Positions 1-10,118 of a stretch of 64,000 nt of DNA are shown here, in pieces. Each line of letters starts with the position of its first letter. The first letter of the stretch is position 1. Both the position numbers and the translations under genes were made by a program. The stretch is from an uncultured delta proteobacterium (GTDB taxonomy: Bacteria > Desulfobacterota > Desulfobacteria > Desulfobacterales > UBA2156), in assembly GCA_963736855.1 (NCBI GenBank), contig CAVTQK010000021.1:160001-224000 (forward strand), written 5' to 3'. The notes below the pieces were generated by a model. The model saw nothing but the letters and a program-made list of their open reading frames with translations, was not told the DNA's origin and ran no database searches.

Positions 1-51
1 GATTCCTTTCTGCAGGTTGGTTCCTCGCTGTTTCGAGGGTTGCCCGGATTG

Positions 52-228
52 AATTGAAATAGTAATAGAACTCGTCTTTCTGCGGATTACTCAAGAGCGA
101 TCATGAATTGTGTTTTGCCATCGTCTGTACCCCAAGACATGGGAACCTACAATTGACGTGGCGGATGTATCCTCAATTATCCAAAGGCGGATGTGCTGTC
201 AAACGGATTTTCATCGGTAAGGGGCCAT
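52..228. repeat. ~175-bp direct repeat, copy 1 (imperfect hairpin 117-162; minus-strand TTGACA/GATAAT promoter-like motif)
   Basis: Aligns with 4716-4890; 54 identical bp (89-142 vs 4751-4804), one mismatch, then 27 more identical bp. Confidence 0.95.
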
Positions 229-845
229 CATCCCGGCCGATTCGGGCATAGGCCAACGAGTTATCGCCGACCGGCTTTTTAAAAGTCAGCATCCATGGAA
301 TAAACCGGTTTGACGTACGGACGAAAGAAGCCGTATTTTCTCTCGAATCGCTATTCATAGATGCCTACGAAGGCCTCGAAATGGTCTCCGACGAATTGGT
401 AGCACAGTGAACTTTGGGGTTTTCACTGACGGTAACAGCTGCGGACATGGATACGCCCTCTTGATTCCCAGTTGAGAAATATTAGCAGTAATAACCATAC
501 CGATTCAATATGTTGGTCTAAGGTCCAAAGAGGACCATGATATGATGACGGCGGGATTCCAAAATCTGGTAAGCGTTGACAGAAAGCGTCATCTTATTCA
601 ATTGTCGAAATCGACATCTTCCATTTAGAGAGTTTCCAGAAACTCGGCGGAACAAAGGATGCGGAAGAGGGGATAGTGGGAGTTTTTTTATGAAACATTG
701 ATAAATTGAGTTTGTAAAAGAAATACAGTGATCTTTGCAATTTTATCTAAAGCTTTGGCTGTTTAGTAATCCGAAGTGTTTTGACAAGAACTACTTGAAG
801 TACTAATCAAGTGCCCATATATAAAGGATTTCAATAGCGAATTTG

Positions 846-1322
846 ATGAAAATTCTGCACGGTCTTTGCATCTCGAACCGCCCCGGCGTGACCCGGCCTC
901 TCTTCGATCTCTTGGAACGACACGGGGTGGCAGTCAAGTTCGTCATCGAGGAGTGCCGCGAGCAGTCCATGAGCAATCTGGTCCTCTGAATCACCAGAGA
1001 TGTCCTGTTTCGACCGCACAGCTAACTTGCTGACATAAGGGCAATGTTACAGCCTCGGGAATTCGTGATCCGAGATGGGGTTGCACTGATCCGGATGTTA
1101 GGCCCTCATTTCGATATTCAGTCGGGGACCTCGGGCATGCTCTTCACGGCGCCGATTCTTGCGGGAGTCCACATCTACATCAATGCTACCACCATCACCT
1201 CGTCAACGTTCGCTATTCCCGACGAGCAGGTGGAGGCCGCGGAACGGGCCATAGGGAGAACCTTCACCATGCCCGGGAAAAAAGATAAGGCCGTCAGGGT
1301 TGAAATGGGGAAGGCTCTGTGA
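846..1322 (+). pseudogene. Tandem ACT-domain protein (aspartokinase beta-subunit-like), interrupted
   Basis: One frame from ATG 846 reads MKILHGLCISNRPGVTRPLFDLLERHGVAVKFV...LVL*...HS*LADIRAMLQPREFV...LGPHFDIQSG; in-frame TGA 987 and TAA 1023. Confidence 0.7.
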
Positions 1323-3198
1323 GCGGCAGGAGGATGGTGAAGCATGAGCCTTTCCCCGGCTCTGACTGTACCTGAATGGTACCGCCGTGCTCGCGGACGA
1401 TCTTCTGGGTGATGGCCAGTCCCAGGCCGGTGCCCCGCGATCCCTTCGTGCTGTAGAACTGCTTGAAGATCTGGTCCTGGAGTTCCTTGCTCATCCCTAT
1501 GCCGGTATCAACGACCTGGAGGCGGATGCCGGCTTCACCCAGATTTTGGCTGGCGACGGTGATCTCTCCGCCTGCACCAGTCTCAGAAAAAGCCTCCACG
1601 GCGTTGGTGACCAGGTTCAAGAGACAGGTATGTATTCCTTCCGGGTCGGCGGTGACCGAAGGCGCCGATGGATCGAGATCCCGTCTTAGGGTCACTTGTC
1701 GCTCCCGAGCCTTCTCCTCTATGAGATCGCAGACCTCCGCGGCGATATCGTTCACCTGGCAGAGCTTCCGCGTGGGCGGACTGCTCCGGGCGAAGCTGAG
1801 CATATCGAGGGTGAGGCGGGAGATGCGGCTGATATTTCTTCCCACCAGACTCCAACCCTTGTCAAGAAGATCCGGCTTTTTCTCTCTGAGCGCCATTTCC
1901 ACCATGAACGCCCCCAGCTTCATGGTGTTGAGGATGTTCTTCACCCCATGGGCCACGCCGGCCACGGCTTGCCCCATGGCCGCCATCCGGGCGCTCTGGA
2001 TGAGCTCTTTCTCCAATCGCTTTATCTCCCGCATGTCCTTGAAGTAGCCGACCGTAGCCACTTCACGACCTCCTTCAGCGAGGATGATGGCAGAGAGAAG
2101 AATGGGGACGAATTCGCCGGTCTTGGTGACAACGTTCACCTCGTAGTTTACCAGGCGGCCGGGACCGCCGAAATCGCGTCCTAAAGTCAGCTTCTTTATC
2201 TCCCTTGCCAGACCCGGGGGATAAAGCTGAATGACGTTCATCCCGGCGAGCGCCTCCTCCCGGGTGTAGCCGTAGATCCGTTCAGCGCCCTCGTTGAAGA
2301 TGATGATGTTGCCTTGGGGATCATTGGCGATGATCCCGTCCATGGAGGTCTGAATGAGGTTATGCTCGAACTCGTGCCGCTTAACGAGCTCCTTCTCCAG
2401 ACGTTTGATCTCACGCACGTCCTTGAAGTACCCTACCGTGGCAACTTCCTGCCCATCCTCGTAAAGAAGTGTCGCCGAGAGCAGAATAGGCGCTCGCTCG
2501 CCGCTCTTGGTGAGCACCTCCACCTCGTAGTTGATCAGCCGCCCGGGTCCGCCGTACTCAGGCCCATAGATCATCTTCTTGATCCTCTTGGCCACGCCTT
2601 CGGGATAGAGCCGGATAACGGGCAAGCGGTGGAGGACCTCCTCCCGGGTGTAACCATAGATGTGTTCGGCGCCCTCGTTGAAGATGATGATGTTGCCTTG
2701 GCGATCACTGGCGATAATCCCGTCCATGGAGGTCTGAATGAGGTTGTGCTCGAATTCGTGGCGCTTCTTCAGCTCTTTGGTGGTCTTGTGGATGACTCGT
2801 TCCAGGTTTTCCGTGTATTCCTGGAGCTTGGTCCGCATCCAGATCTTCTCCTCGGCCCTCCTGAGGGCTACCGACAGGGCATCCTTGCTGACGGGCTTGG
2901 TGACAAAGTCCGAGGCCTCCAACTGTAGCGCCTCGACGGCGAGGCTCATTTCCCCATGGCCGGTGATGACAATTACCTCGGTGTCGCGTCTCTGGCCCTT
3001 GATCCTCCGGAGCACCTCGATGCCGTCCATACCCGGCATCTTTATATCGGTGAGCACGACAGGCGGTTGTTCCTTGGCGAAGGTATCGAGCCCGGTCCGA
3101 CCGTCTTCGGCAGTGAAAACCTCATGCCCATCACTCTCAAGCGAGAACTTCAGGAGTTCCCGAGCATCTTCATCGTCATCGATCAATAGGAGCTTCAC
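1294..3198 (-). CDS. Hybrid sensor histidine kinase REC-PAS-PAS-HisKA-HATPase_c
   Basis: N-terminal receiver (LLIDDD, LTDIKMPGMDG), two near-identical PAS repeats, H-box VAHGVKN, N/G boxes NLVTNA, DTGIGM, GTGLGL. Confidence 0.95.
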   Translation of the reverse strand: MKLLLIDDDEDARELLKFSLESDGHEVFTAEDGRTGLDTFAKEQPPVVLTDIKMPGMDGIEVLRRIKGQRRDTEVIVITGHGEMSLAVEALQLEASDFVTKPVSKDALSVALRRAEEKIWMRTKLQEYTENLERVIHKTTKELKKRHEFEHNLIQTSMDGIIASDRQGNIIIFNEGAEHIYGYTREEVLHRLPVIRLYPEGVAKRIKKMIYGPEYGGPGRLINYEVEVLTKSGERAPILLSATLLYEDGQEVATVGYFKDVREIKRLEKELVKRHEFEHNLIQTSMDGIIANDPQGNIIIFNEGAERIYGYTREEALAGMNVIQLYPPGLAREIKKLTLGRDFGGPGRLVNYEVNVVTKTGEFVPILLSAIILAEGGREVATVGYFKDMREIKRLEKELIQSARMAAMGQAVAGVAHGVKNILNTMKLGAFMVEMALREKKPDLLDKGWSLVGRNISRISRLTLDMLSFARSSPPTRKLCQVNDIAAEVCDLIEEKARERQVTLRRDLDPSAPSVTADPEGIHTCLLNLVTNAVEAFSETGAGGEITVASQNLGEAGIRLQVVDTGIGMSKELQDQIFKQFYSTKGSRGTGLGLAITQKIVREHGGTIQVQSEPGKGSCFTILLPLTEPSPFQP

Positions 3199-3203
3199 GA
3201 ATT

Positions 3204-3497
3204 TTACCCCGGCGAATTGCCTTGGACCGCGGCCTTCGGAAAGGTAAGGATGAAGGTTGTTCCGATCCCCATCTCGCTTTCCACTGTCCGGTGCAGCCGC
3301 TTGGGCTGGTAGGTGAGCATGTCCTTGCGCAGACCCCGCTTTATTGTCTCGCTCACCAGGTTAGCACCGCGGATGATCTCCTGGATGAGCTGATCTCGTT
3401 GGGTCTCGATGTTCACTGAAGCATAGATACCGATAACGAGGATCACGATTGCGCCCACCGAACAGATCAATTTGAGACCAAGGCTTCGGTACCACAT
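3204..3497 (-). pseudogene. Internally deleted membrane sensor kinase (N-terminal TM fused in frame to last strand of HATPase_c)
   Basis: TM segment LICSVGAIVILVIGIYA followed after ~45 aa by TVESEMGIGTTFILTFP, a kinase C-terminal motif. Confidence 0.75.
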
Positions 3498-3683
3498 GGG
3501 ACACCACGCACCATTCCCCGCCGACGCCTCACGTTGTGAAGGGAGAAATGAATTTCCGCCCGGGCTTATGGAGCGGCCGGAACGGCAAGCTTCGTTGGGA
3601 AGAAGCTCGAGTTGGAAAACGCCAAACCAGGATTCGAGAGCTCAGGGCCAAGATCAGGTATCCGTTGATAAAGAGTGTTCCAC

Positions 3684-4076
3684 TCATTCTTTGAGGAGGA
3701 GCTTCACATTGTGAATGAGTTCTTCTGGTTCGATGGGTTTCTCCATAAAGATATCCGCTTTGATCCAGTCCATGTCCCGATCAATGGAACGCTCGTAGCC
3801 GTTCTCGACCGGAGGACGCGCGGAAGCGATGAGTATGGGCAGTCCGTAAACGCCTTCCCGTTTTTTAATTTCGGCGGCGAACACCAACCCTTCGTCCATG
3901 GTGGCCATCATGATATCCAGAATGAGGAGATCTGGCTTGGCTTTACTGAGGAGTTGAAGCCCGGAGTGCGTGTCCAGGGCGGTGGACACCTCATACCCGC
4001 ATTCTGTGAGAATCTCGCTCAGAGCATCACAAATCTCTGGATCATCGTCGACGATCAGAATCTTTTTCCCGCTCAT
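3684..4076 (-). CDS. Single-domain response regulator
   Basis: ILIVDDD, DLLILDIMM, FMEKP receiver motifs. Confidence 0.92.
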   Translation of the reverse strand: MSGKKILIVDDDPEICDALSEILTECGYEVSTALDTHSGLQLLSKAKPDLLILDIMMATMDEGLVFAAEIKKREGVYGLPILIASARPPVENGYERSIDRDMDWIKADIFMEKPIEPEELIHNVKLLLKE

Positions 4077-4544
4077 GGTTCAATCCCCTCCTCCGCTCGG
4101 GTGACAACAGCCCTCCTGTCTCCCGGCCTCCAGGCACACGGTCCAATAGCCCGAAACGCCAGTCATTCGGGAATCCCCTGTCTCGGTTGCAGCTCCGGAG
4201 TCATACCGGAGTCTACCATCTTCTACCGGCATCAATCCATGCACCCCTTCCGCACCTTTAACGAAATCGGTCAACCCCTCGAAGACCTGCCTTCCGTATA
4301 CCGTCCTGTTTCAAGGGGCGCATCCTTTCGTTGATAGCGGTCCGGCGGATCTCGTCCACGTACGCCCTTTCACTTATAGCCTGTTCCCGAGACACGACCG
4401 AGAGTCACATCCCTTCTCACCCAACGCGAGAAGGAACAAATCATGATGAAGCGAATGAGGTCACGAGAACCATGGCGAGATCATGACCGACACCGCGTCG
4501 GTAGCAACCCGATCTCACTCACACATCATCTCCGAGGCGCCACG

Positions 4545-4715
4545 ATAGTAAAGGAACATCGGGTTCCCCTTCACGTGCCGGACCTTGGGTCGGTACTGCT
4601 CCTCATCATAGAGCTTGCGGACACCCCCCCGTTTCTGCCCCGTGGTAATGATACTGAGCGGCACATCGGCATAGATCCTCCGGCGAAGGGCGATCATCCG
4701 TCCATACACCCCCTT
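4545..4715 (-). pseudogene. C-terminal fragment of a 6-phosphofructokinase
   Basis: GVYGRMIAL...YADVP...[22 protein letters not shown] resembles PfkA-family C-termini; truncated at the repeat boundary. Confidence 0.6.
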
Positions 4716-4890
4716 AATTGAATCGATAAGAACTCGCTTTTCTGCGGATGACTCAAGAGCGATCATGAATTGTGTTTTGCCATCGTCTGTACCCCAAGAC
4801 ATGGAAACCTACAATTGACGTGGCGGATGTATTCTTAATTATCCAAAGGCGAATGCGCTGTCAAGCGGGAATTTATCGGTAAGGAGCCAT
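4716..4890. repeat. ~175-bp direct repeat, copy 2
   Basis: Same sequence as 52-228 with scattered substitutions. Confidence 0.95.
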
Positions 4891-5075
4891 ACCTCTATTT
4901 TCTAATGCTTTTTTTCTGCCTGGATTAATAGTGTTCCCATCCTCTTCATCCTATTGATCTTTTTCTCTATTAAGGAAGATAATTGCTACCAAGGTTAAAA
5001 AGGCCATTCTTTACATTGAAAGTGCTTCAGGAATCTATAATCGTGTCAAAAAAGGCCGGGCAAGGACAGGTACCT

Positions 5076-6155
5076 TTAACGCGCTTTTTTAAGCGACCGG
5101 TAAATATCCGGCCGATTGGTGATGATCCCGTCTACTCCCATCCGGATCAAGATATCCATGTCATCTTTATCGTCGGGTACCCAGGGGAAGACCTGGATCC
5201 CTAGCCCATGGGCTTCGGCAAGCTCATCCGCCGTCAATGAGCGGAATTGTGGCCCCCAAAGTTTTCCACCGAGATAATGGATAGCCTTTGGAACGGAACC
5301 CATGAAGTCATCCACATCGATGCCCGCGGTCCAGGGGGAAGGGCCGGGGCGCCCGGATTTGACGTTGTCAAGGGTGGGGCTGGAATAGGAAAGAAAGATG
5401 ACTGGAATTTCAGGATGATGTTTGAGGCAGTATACCAAAGCCCGCCAGTCAAAGGAAAGGATGCGCGATCGCATCAAAAACCCCTCGCTTTTTAAGACTG
5501 CCGCCACCGCTTCCACCACCTGCCCGGGCTCGGGGGTAAGTTCCGGTTTTTCCGGTGAGGTTTTGATCTCCACCCAAAGGCCAGTGAGGGTGTCGTTTCG
5601 ACTTTTCAAAAGCCCGATGACCTCCCGGAAAGTCGGGATCCGCTCACCGTCTGCGGGCTTCTGATCGGGATAGCGACGGGCGTAAATCGTGGAGGTCTTC
5701 AGGCGGCCCACGTCATAGGTTTTCAGCTCAGAAAGGGTCAGGTCTTTAATGGGTTTGCGGTCCTTTTCCAAAAGCCATTGCCCATGGGCGGTCCGGGTGA
5801 TTTCCGGCTTTAGCGTAAAATCGTGGTGCACCATCACTTCTCCGTCGGCGGAAATCAGGACATCCATCTCCAGGTCGTCCACGCCGAATTCCAGGGCTTT
5901 TTTAAACGATGTCAGGGTGTTTTCAGGGGCAAGCCCTGCCGCACCCCGATGGCCGACGAGGACCATTTTCTTTTTCTCATGCGTTGACGTTTGCGTCATG
6001 GGGTCTTCTCGAACCTGCCGGCAGCTTGTAACCGTTCCGTTGAGACCCAAAACGGCTAGGATTAAAAAAACATCCAAAAAGAATTTAAATGGCGTTTCAA
6101 TGCCTGGATTGAGAATGCTTGATAAGATCTTTCGAGCCAGCTTGAAAAACTCCAT
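5076..6155 (-). CDS. Glycerophosphodiester phosphodiesterase (GlpQ/UgpQ family); start uncertain
   Basis: GHRGA, PENT, EMDV, HHD, EIK, GVDGIITNRPD motifs. Confidence 0.92.
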   Translation of the reverse strand: MEFFKLARKILSSILNPGIETPFKFFLDVFLILAVLGLNGTVTSCRQVREDPMTQTSTHEKKKMVLVGHRGAAGLAPENTLTSFKKALEFGVDDLEMDVLISADGEVMVHHDFTLKPEITRTAHGQWLLEKDRKPIKDLTLSELKTYDVGRLKTSTIYARRYPDQKPADGERIPTFREVIGLLKSRNDTLTGLWVEIKTSPEKPELTPEPGQVVEAVAAVLKSEGFLMRSRILSFDWRALVYCLKHHPEIPVIFLSYSSPTLDNVKSGRPGPSPWTAGIDVDDFMGSVPKAIHYLGGKLWGPQFRSLTADELAEAHGLGIQVFPWVPDDKDDMDILIRMGVDGIITNRPDIYRSLKKAR

Positions 6156-6279
6156 CCCGAGTCAAGGCGCGAAAGCGGTAGTGTAATTTTTATTGTGTAA
6201 AATTGTGGCTACTCGAAAAAAAGGTCGCTTTTCCATTATTCGCATCGGGCGCACTCGTCCCCTGTGACGTACCCTTTCG

Positions 6280-9200
6280 TCATTCCTCCGGGAGCTGCGC
6301 ATAGGAGGGGATCACCCGCATGATTTCCCGATAGACCGAAGGGGCGTCCGGGTATATGGTGCCCGGATGCAACCGTGCCTGAAGGTCGGCTAGAATGCGC
6401 CAATCCGGCAGAGCTCCACCGGGTCCAGACATAACGGGTCGTAGCGGTAAAACCCGACGTTCCGTATTGGTGAAGGTGCCATCCTGTTCCAAAAAAGACG
6501 TGGCCGGCAGAATGACATGCGCCAGTCCGGCACACTCAGAAAGGAAGAGGTCTTGTACCACCAGAAATTCCAGGTGACGAGAAGACTCTAGGACATTTTC
6601 CCACTGCCCCTCCGCCGCCGGGGAATTAGTGCCAAGAATAAAGAGTCCTTTCAGCTTTTCCTGGCGAGCGTTCTCCATCATTCGGTTAAATCCGAAGCCG
6701 GCGGCGGATGGAATTTGCAGGCTCCAGATGTCCGCCAACTGCTCTCGTCTTTTGTCGTCGGTAATCGGGATATGGCCGGGAAGATGGCCGGGCAGCATGC
6801 CCATGTCCACGGCTCCCAGGGTGTTGATGTAGCGGCAGAGGGGATAGATGCCGCTGTGCGGCTGACCGATGCGGCCGGTCAAAAGGGCGAGGTTCGTTAA
6901 GGATGCGGCCTGGCGTTCACCGTGAGGGTCGGAGACGAAGTCCTCGGAATAAAGCAACGCGAGAGATGATGTGGTCGCGCAGGTGCGGGCCATATCTTCC
7001 AGGGTTTCTTCAGGGATGCCTAGATGGCCGATTAGCTGACCGGGATTCCGATCCGCCACATCTTTCCTCAGCTCTGCGAGTCTCTGGGGGTAGGCTTGGG
7101 CGAAGGTGTGATCATAGAGGTCGCGCTGAAGTATCCAGTGCAGTAGCACGGTAAGGAAATCCGCTTCGCGTCCACGGGGAATGAGAAGTGCCGGATTGGC
7201 GAAACTCCCGAGATCGATTGGCCGTGAAGTCACGGTGATGAGTCGGCGGCTCCAGGTGCGGCTGGCTCTTCGCAAGGCCGCAGCCACTATTGGATTGCTC
7301 TCCTCAATGAGGTCTCCGAATGCCAAAATGACCTGAGCTTCTTCAATCTCGCGCAAGGTATGGGTCATACCAGCGCTACCGATGAGGCGGGAGAGTGCCT
7401 CCATGGTGACGCGCTGGGCATGACTTCCGGGAAAATCCAGATTGTTCGTGCTGAAATGGTTGCGAAAAATTTTCTGCAACAGATAGTTGGCTTCATTGGT
7501 GGCCTGGGGCGAGCCCAGGGCGGCCAGGGCGTGCCCGCCATGTTGCTCCTGAATACGTTTGAACTCGCGGGCAACTCGATCCAGAGCCTCCTCCCAGGAG
7601 ACCTCCACCAGTCGGCCGTCCTTGCGGACGAGCGGTGTTTTCAGCCGATGGGGGCTGCTCAGGTAGGCAAAGCTGTCGAAACGGCCCTGCCGGCAGGTGT
7701 GGCCATAACTTGGCAGCGCGTCTTTACGTGTGGTGATGGTAAAGAAGTTATCGCCTTTGAGGTTAAAAACGAGTTGGCATCCGCAGCCGCAGTGGGCACA
7801 AACGGTTTCCACCTGCTGGTACTGGAAGGGGCCGGGTTTGCCTCCGATACGCTCCTCCAGCGCCCCCGTGGGGCACACATCGAGGCAGAGACCGCAGGAC
7901 ACGCAGCGGGCATTGAAGGTGGGCGTTTCGACAAAGTCGATGGCATCCGAGCATTGGGACGTGGCGCACGCCTCATAGCATTGCTTGCACCGCACGCATT
8001 TGTTTGGATCTCGGGCAATGAACGGGTGCTGGTCGAGGCGGACGGCTTCGTCAAAAGGTATTTGAGGCTGCAGCCGGGTAGTCGCATCGATGTGCATTTC
8101 ATGAGCGAGCCGGCGCAGACGGCAATCGAAAACATCCATGCACCCGCAGGACAAGCAGCGCTCCGCCTCATGCAGGGCCTTATCCTCGGGCAGCCCGAGA
8201 TCGATCTGTTTGAAGTTGGTGATCCGCTCCAGGGGCTCGAGCTCCGGCATCCGGACCCGCGCCTGGTGCGTGAATGCGGAAAAGGGCTCAAGGTGGATGG
8301 TCTTCAGATCGCCTTTAACAACATTGAAAGTCTTGGGCTGGGTGTCGATCCGTTTTTCCGCTAGATAATTATTAATTGCCAAAGCAGCCCGGCGTCCATC
8401 GGCCAGGGCCCGCACTACCGTATCCGGTCCGCGGTAGACATCGCCCCCGGTGAAGATGCCCTCGATGCCGGTGTACATGGTTTCCGGGTCTGCGCCAATT
8501 GTTTTCCACCGCGTCACCGGAATGCCCGCCGTTGCCTTGTCCGTCTCCAATGGGGAAATGTCGGCGATCTGCCCGATGGCGGCGATGACCATGTCCACGG
8601 GAATAGTCGTCTCCGAACCTTTCACGGGGATGGGGCGTCGCCGACCGCTGGCGTCCGGCTCCCCCAGCGTCATCTGTATAGTTTCGAGCTGCTGAACCTT
8701 GCCATTGTCGCTCAGGAGCTTGACGGGAGCTGCCAAAAAATGAAACTTGATGCCCTCGGCCATCGCGCCATCGATCTCTTCGTGGCTGGCGGGCATCTCC
8801 TCCCGGGAGCGGCGATAAATGACGGCAATCTCCTCGGCGCCAAGTCGAACGCTGGTGCGTGCGGCATCCATCGCCACGTTGCCGCCGCCGATGATGGCCA
8901 CTCGTCGGCCCATGCTCACGGGTTTCCCCAAGGCGATATCCGCCAGGAAGTTCACGCCGGAATGCACACCGTCGAACTCCTCGCCGGCAATACCGAGCCT
9001 ATGGGTGGCCCAAGCGCCGATCGCCAGGAAAAAGGCTTTGTAATCTTCACTTCGGAGGGATTCGACAGTAAAATCCTTACCCCATCTGACGCCCGTTTGC
9101 ACTTTAACGCCCAGCTGGAGGATGCCTTCGATCTCCCAATCGAGGACCTTCTTGGGAAGTCGATATTCCGGGATGCCGTAGCGAAGCATGCCTCCCAGCT

Positions 9201-9882
9201 CGGGCATGGCTTCGAAAATGGTGGGCGAATGTCCTGCAAGGCAAAGGTAGTAGGCGGCGCTCAGGCCGGCGGGACCGCCGCCGATGATGGCGATTCGATG
9301 ACCCGAGGGAGACCGCTTGGGTGGAAAATGGTGGATACCGAGGTGCATCTCATGATCGGCAACGAAACGCTTCAGGTGGTTAATGTTGATCGCCTCCTCC
9401 ACCATGTTGCGACGACACTGGCGCTCGCAAAAATGAGGGCAGACCCTTCCAATGCTGGCAGGCATGGGAAGCTTTTCACGGATGAGTTTCAGCGCCTCGA
9501 GATACTCGCCCCGGCTGATGAGGGCGATGTAGCCCTGAATGTCAATGCCGGCCGGACATGCCAGTTGGCAAGGGGCCACGCAATCGCCGTAGTGCTCCCG
9601 CAGGAGGAGCTCGATGAGGAATTTCCGTGTTTCGCGGATTTCAGCGGAGTCAGTGGTTACCACCATGCCGTCACTGACCAGGGTGCTGCAAGAGGAGACA
9701 AATTTAGGCCTACCTTCCACCCGAACGATACAGATCCGACAACCTTCAAGGGGTCGAAGCATATCATTGTAACAGAGGGTTGGAATGGAGATCGCGTTCT
9801 CCCGTGCCACATGCAGAATGGTGGTCCCCGGTTCCGCCTCAACCTTTTGCCCGTTAATCGTTAACTGAATTCGTTTCTTCAT
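6280..9882 (-). CDS. 1200-aa NuoG/FdhA-like plus GltD/NfnB-like fused Fe-S flavoprotein
   Basis: [2Fe-2S] N-terminus, APCQLACP/GRVCPHFCE, GGGPAG and GGGNVAMD Rossmann motifs, YRRS, two CxxCxxC motifs, CAHCGCGC, molybdopterin-oxidoreductase-like domain. Confidence 0.9.
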   Translation of the reverse strand: MKKRIQLTINGQKVEAEPGTTILHVARENAISIPTLCYNDMLRPLEGCRICIVRVEGRPKFVSSCSTLVSDGMVVTTDSAEIRETRKFLIELLLREHYGDCVAPCQLACPAGIDIQGYIALISRGEYLEALKLIREKLPMPASIGRVCPHFCERQCRRNMVEEAININHLKRFVADHEMHLGIHHFPPKRSPSGHRIAIIGGGPAGLSAAYYLCLAGHSPTIFEAMPELGGMLRYGIPEYRLPKKVLDWEIEGILQLGVKVQTGVRWGKDFTVESLRSEDYKAFFLAIGAWATHRLGIAGEEFDGVHSGVNFLADIALGKPVSMGRRVAIIGGGNVAMDAARTSVRLGAEEIAVIYRRSREEMPASHEEIDGAMAEGIKFHFLAAPVKLLSDNGKVQQLETIQMTLGEPDASGRRRPIPVKGSETTIPVDMVIAAIGQIADISPLETDKATAGIPVTRWKTIGADPETMYTGIEGIFTGGDVYRGPDTVVRALADGRRAALAINNYLAEKRIDTQPKTFNVVKGDLKTIHLEPFSAFTHQARVRMPELEPLERITNFKQIDLGLPEDKALHEAERCLSCGCMDVFDCRLRRLAHEMHIDATTRLQPQIPFDEAVRLDQHPFIARDPNKCVRCKQCYEACATSQCSDAIDFVETPTFNARCVSCGLCLDVCPTGALEERIGGKPGPFQYQQVETVCAHCGCGCQLVFNLKGDNFFTITTRKDALPSYGHTCRQGRFDSFAYLSSPHRLKTPLVRKDGRLVEVSWEEALDRVAREFKRIQEQHGGHALAALGSPQATNEANYLLQKIFRNHFSTNNLDFPGSHAQRVTMEALSRLIGSAGMTHTLREIEEAQVILAFGDLIEESNPIVAAALRRASRTWSRRLITVTSRPIDLGSFANPALLIPRGREADFLTVLLHWILQRDLYDHTFAQAYPQRLAELRKDVADRNPGQLIGHLGIPEETLEDMARTCATTSSLALLYSEDFVSDPHGERQAASLTNLALLTGRIGQPHSGIYPLCRYINTLGAVDMGMLPGHLPGHIPITDDKRREQLADIWSLQIPSAAGFGFNRMMENARQEKLKGLFILGTNSPAAEGQWENVLESSRHLEFLVVQDLFLSECAGLAHVILPATSFLEQDGTFTNTERRVLPLRPVMSGPGGALPDWRILADLQARLHPGTIYPDAPSVYREIMRVIPSYAQLPEE

Positions 9883-9917
9883 GAATGGTCCTTTGCGGCG
9901 GATTTCTCTTTGGACCG

Positions 9918-10118
9918 CTACCGCACAAGCCTCAAGCCGATCCAGAAGACAGCCAGCACCTCGATAGCGAAGAGGATGAAATAGAGCACATACTTGGAGG
10001 TGGAGAAGTCTTCAAAGATCTTGTTCGCCTGCGACAGAATCCGCGGGCCGACGGGAGATGCATAAAAGGCATACCGATCACCGGCTTTGTCATTCTGTTG
10101 GAGAGGGCGGGCGTCCAT
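9918..10118 (-). CDS. Small hypothetical membrane protein
   Basis: 66-aa ORF with C-terminal hydrophobic stretch, AAGGAG upstream, same strand as operon. Confidence 0.5.
   Translation of the reverse strand: MDARPLQQNDKAGDRYAFYASPVGPRILSQANKIFEDFSTSKYVLYFILFAIEVLAVFWIGLRLVR

Noticed and set aside
1..170. Known riboswitch (c-di-GMP, fluoride) in the repeat leader
   Set aside because: Consensus motifs not matched by eye; needs an Infernal/Rfam scan
250..460. Stop-poor plus-strand frame (FDVRTKEAVFSLESLFIDAYEGLEMV) as a mobile-element remnant
   Set aside because: No start or RBS and the resemblance is too vague to support without a search
630..645. GAGTTTC-CA-GAAACTC palindrome as an IS end
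   Set aside because: No partner end or transposase found in the window
987..989. In-frame TGA as selenocysteine in the ACT-domain ORF
   Set aside because: An in-frame TAA follows at 1023 and no SECIS-like hairpin is evident; pseudogene is simpler
4515..4802. 95-aa ORF as a real gene
   Set aside because: Chimera of the non-coding repeat and the Pfk tail; the same frame has a stop in repeat copy 1
7360..9864. Long antisense ORFs (334 and 374 aa, and similar elsewhere)
   Set aside because: Shadow frames of GC-rich genes with no motifs
6280..9882. Formate dehydrogenase alpha subunit
   Set aside because: No Cys/Sec-His active-site motif and no C-terminal pterin-binding domain
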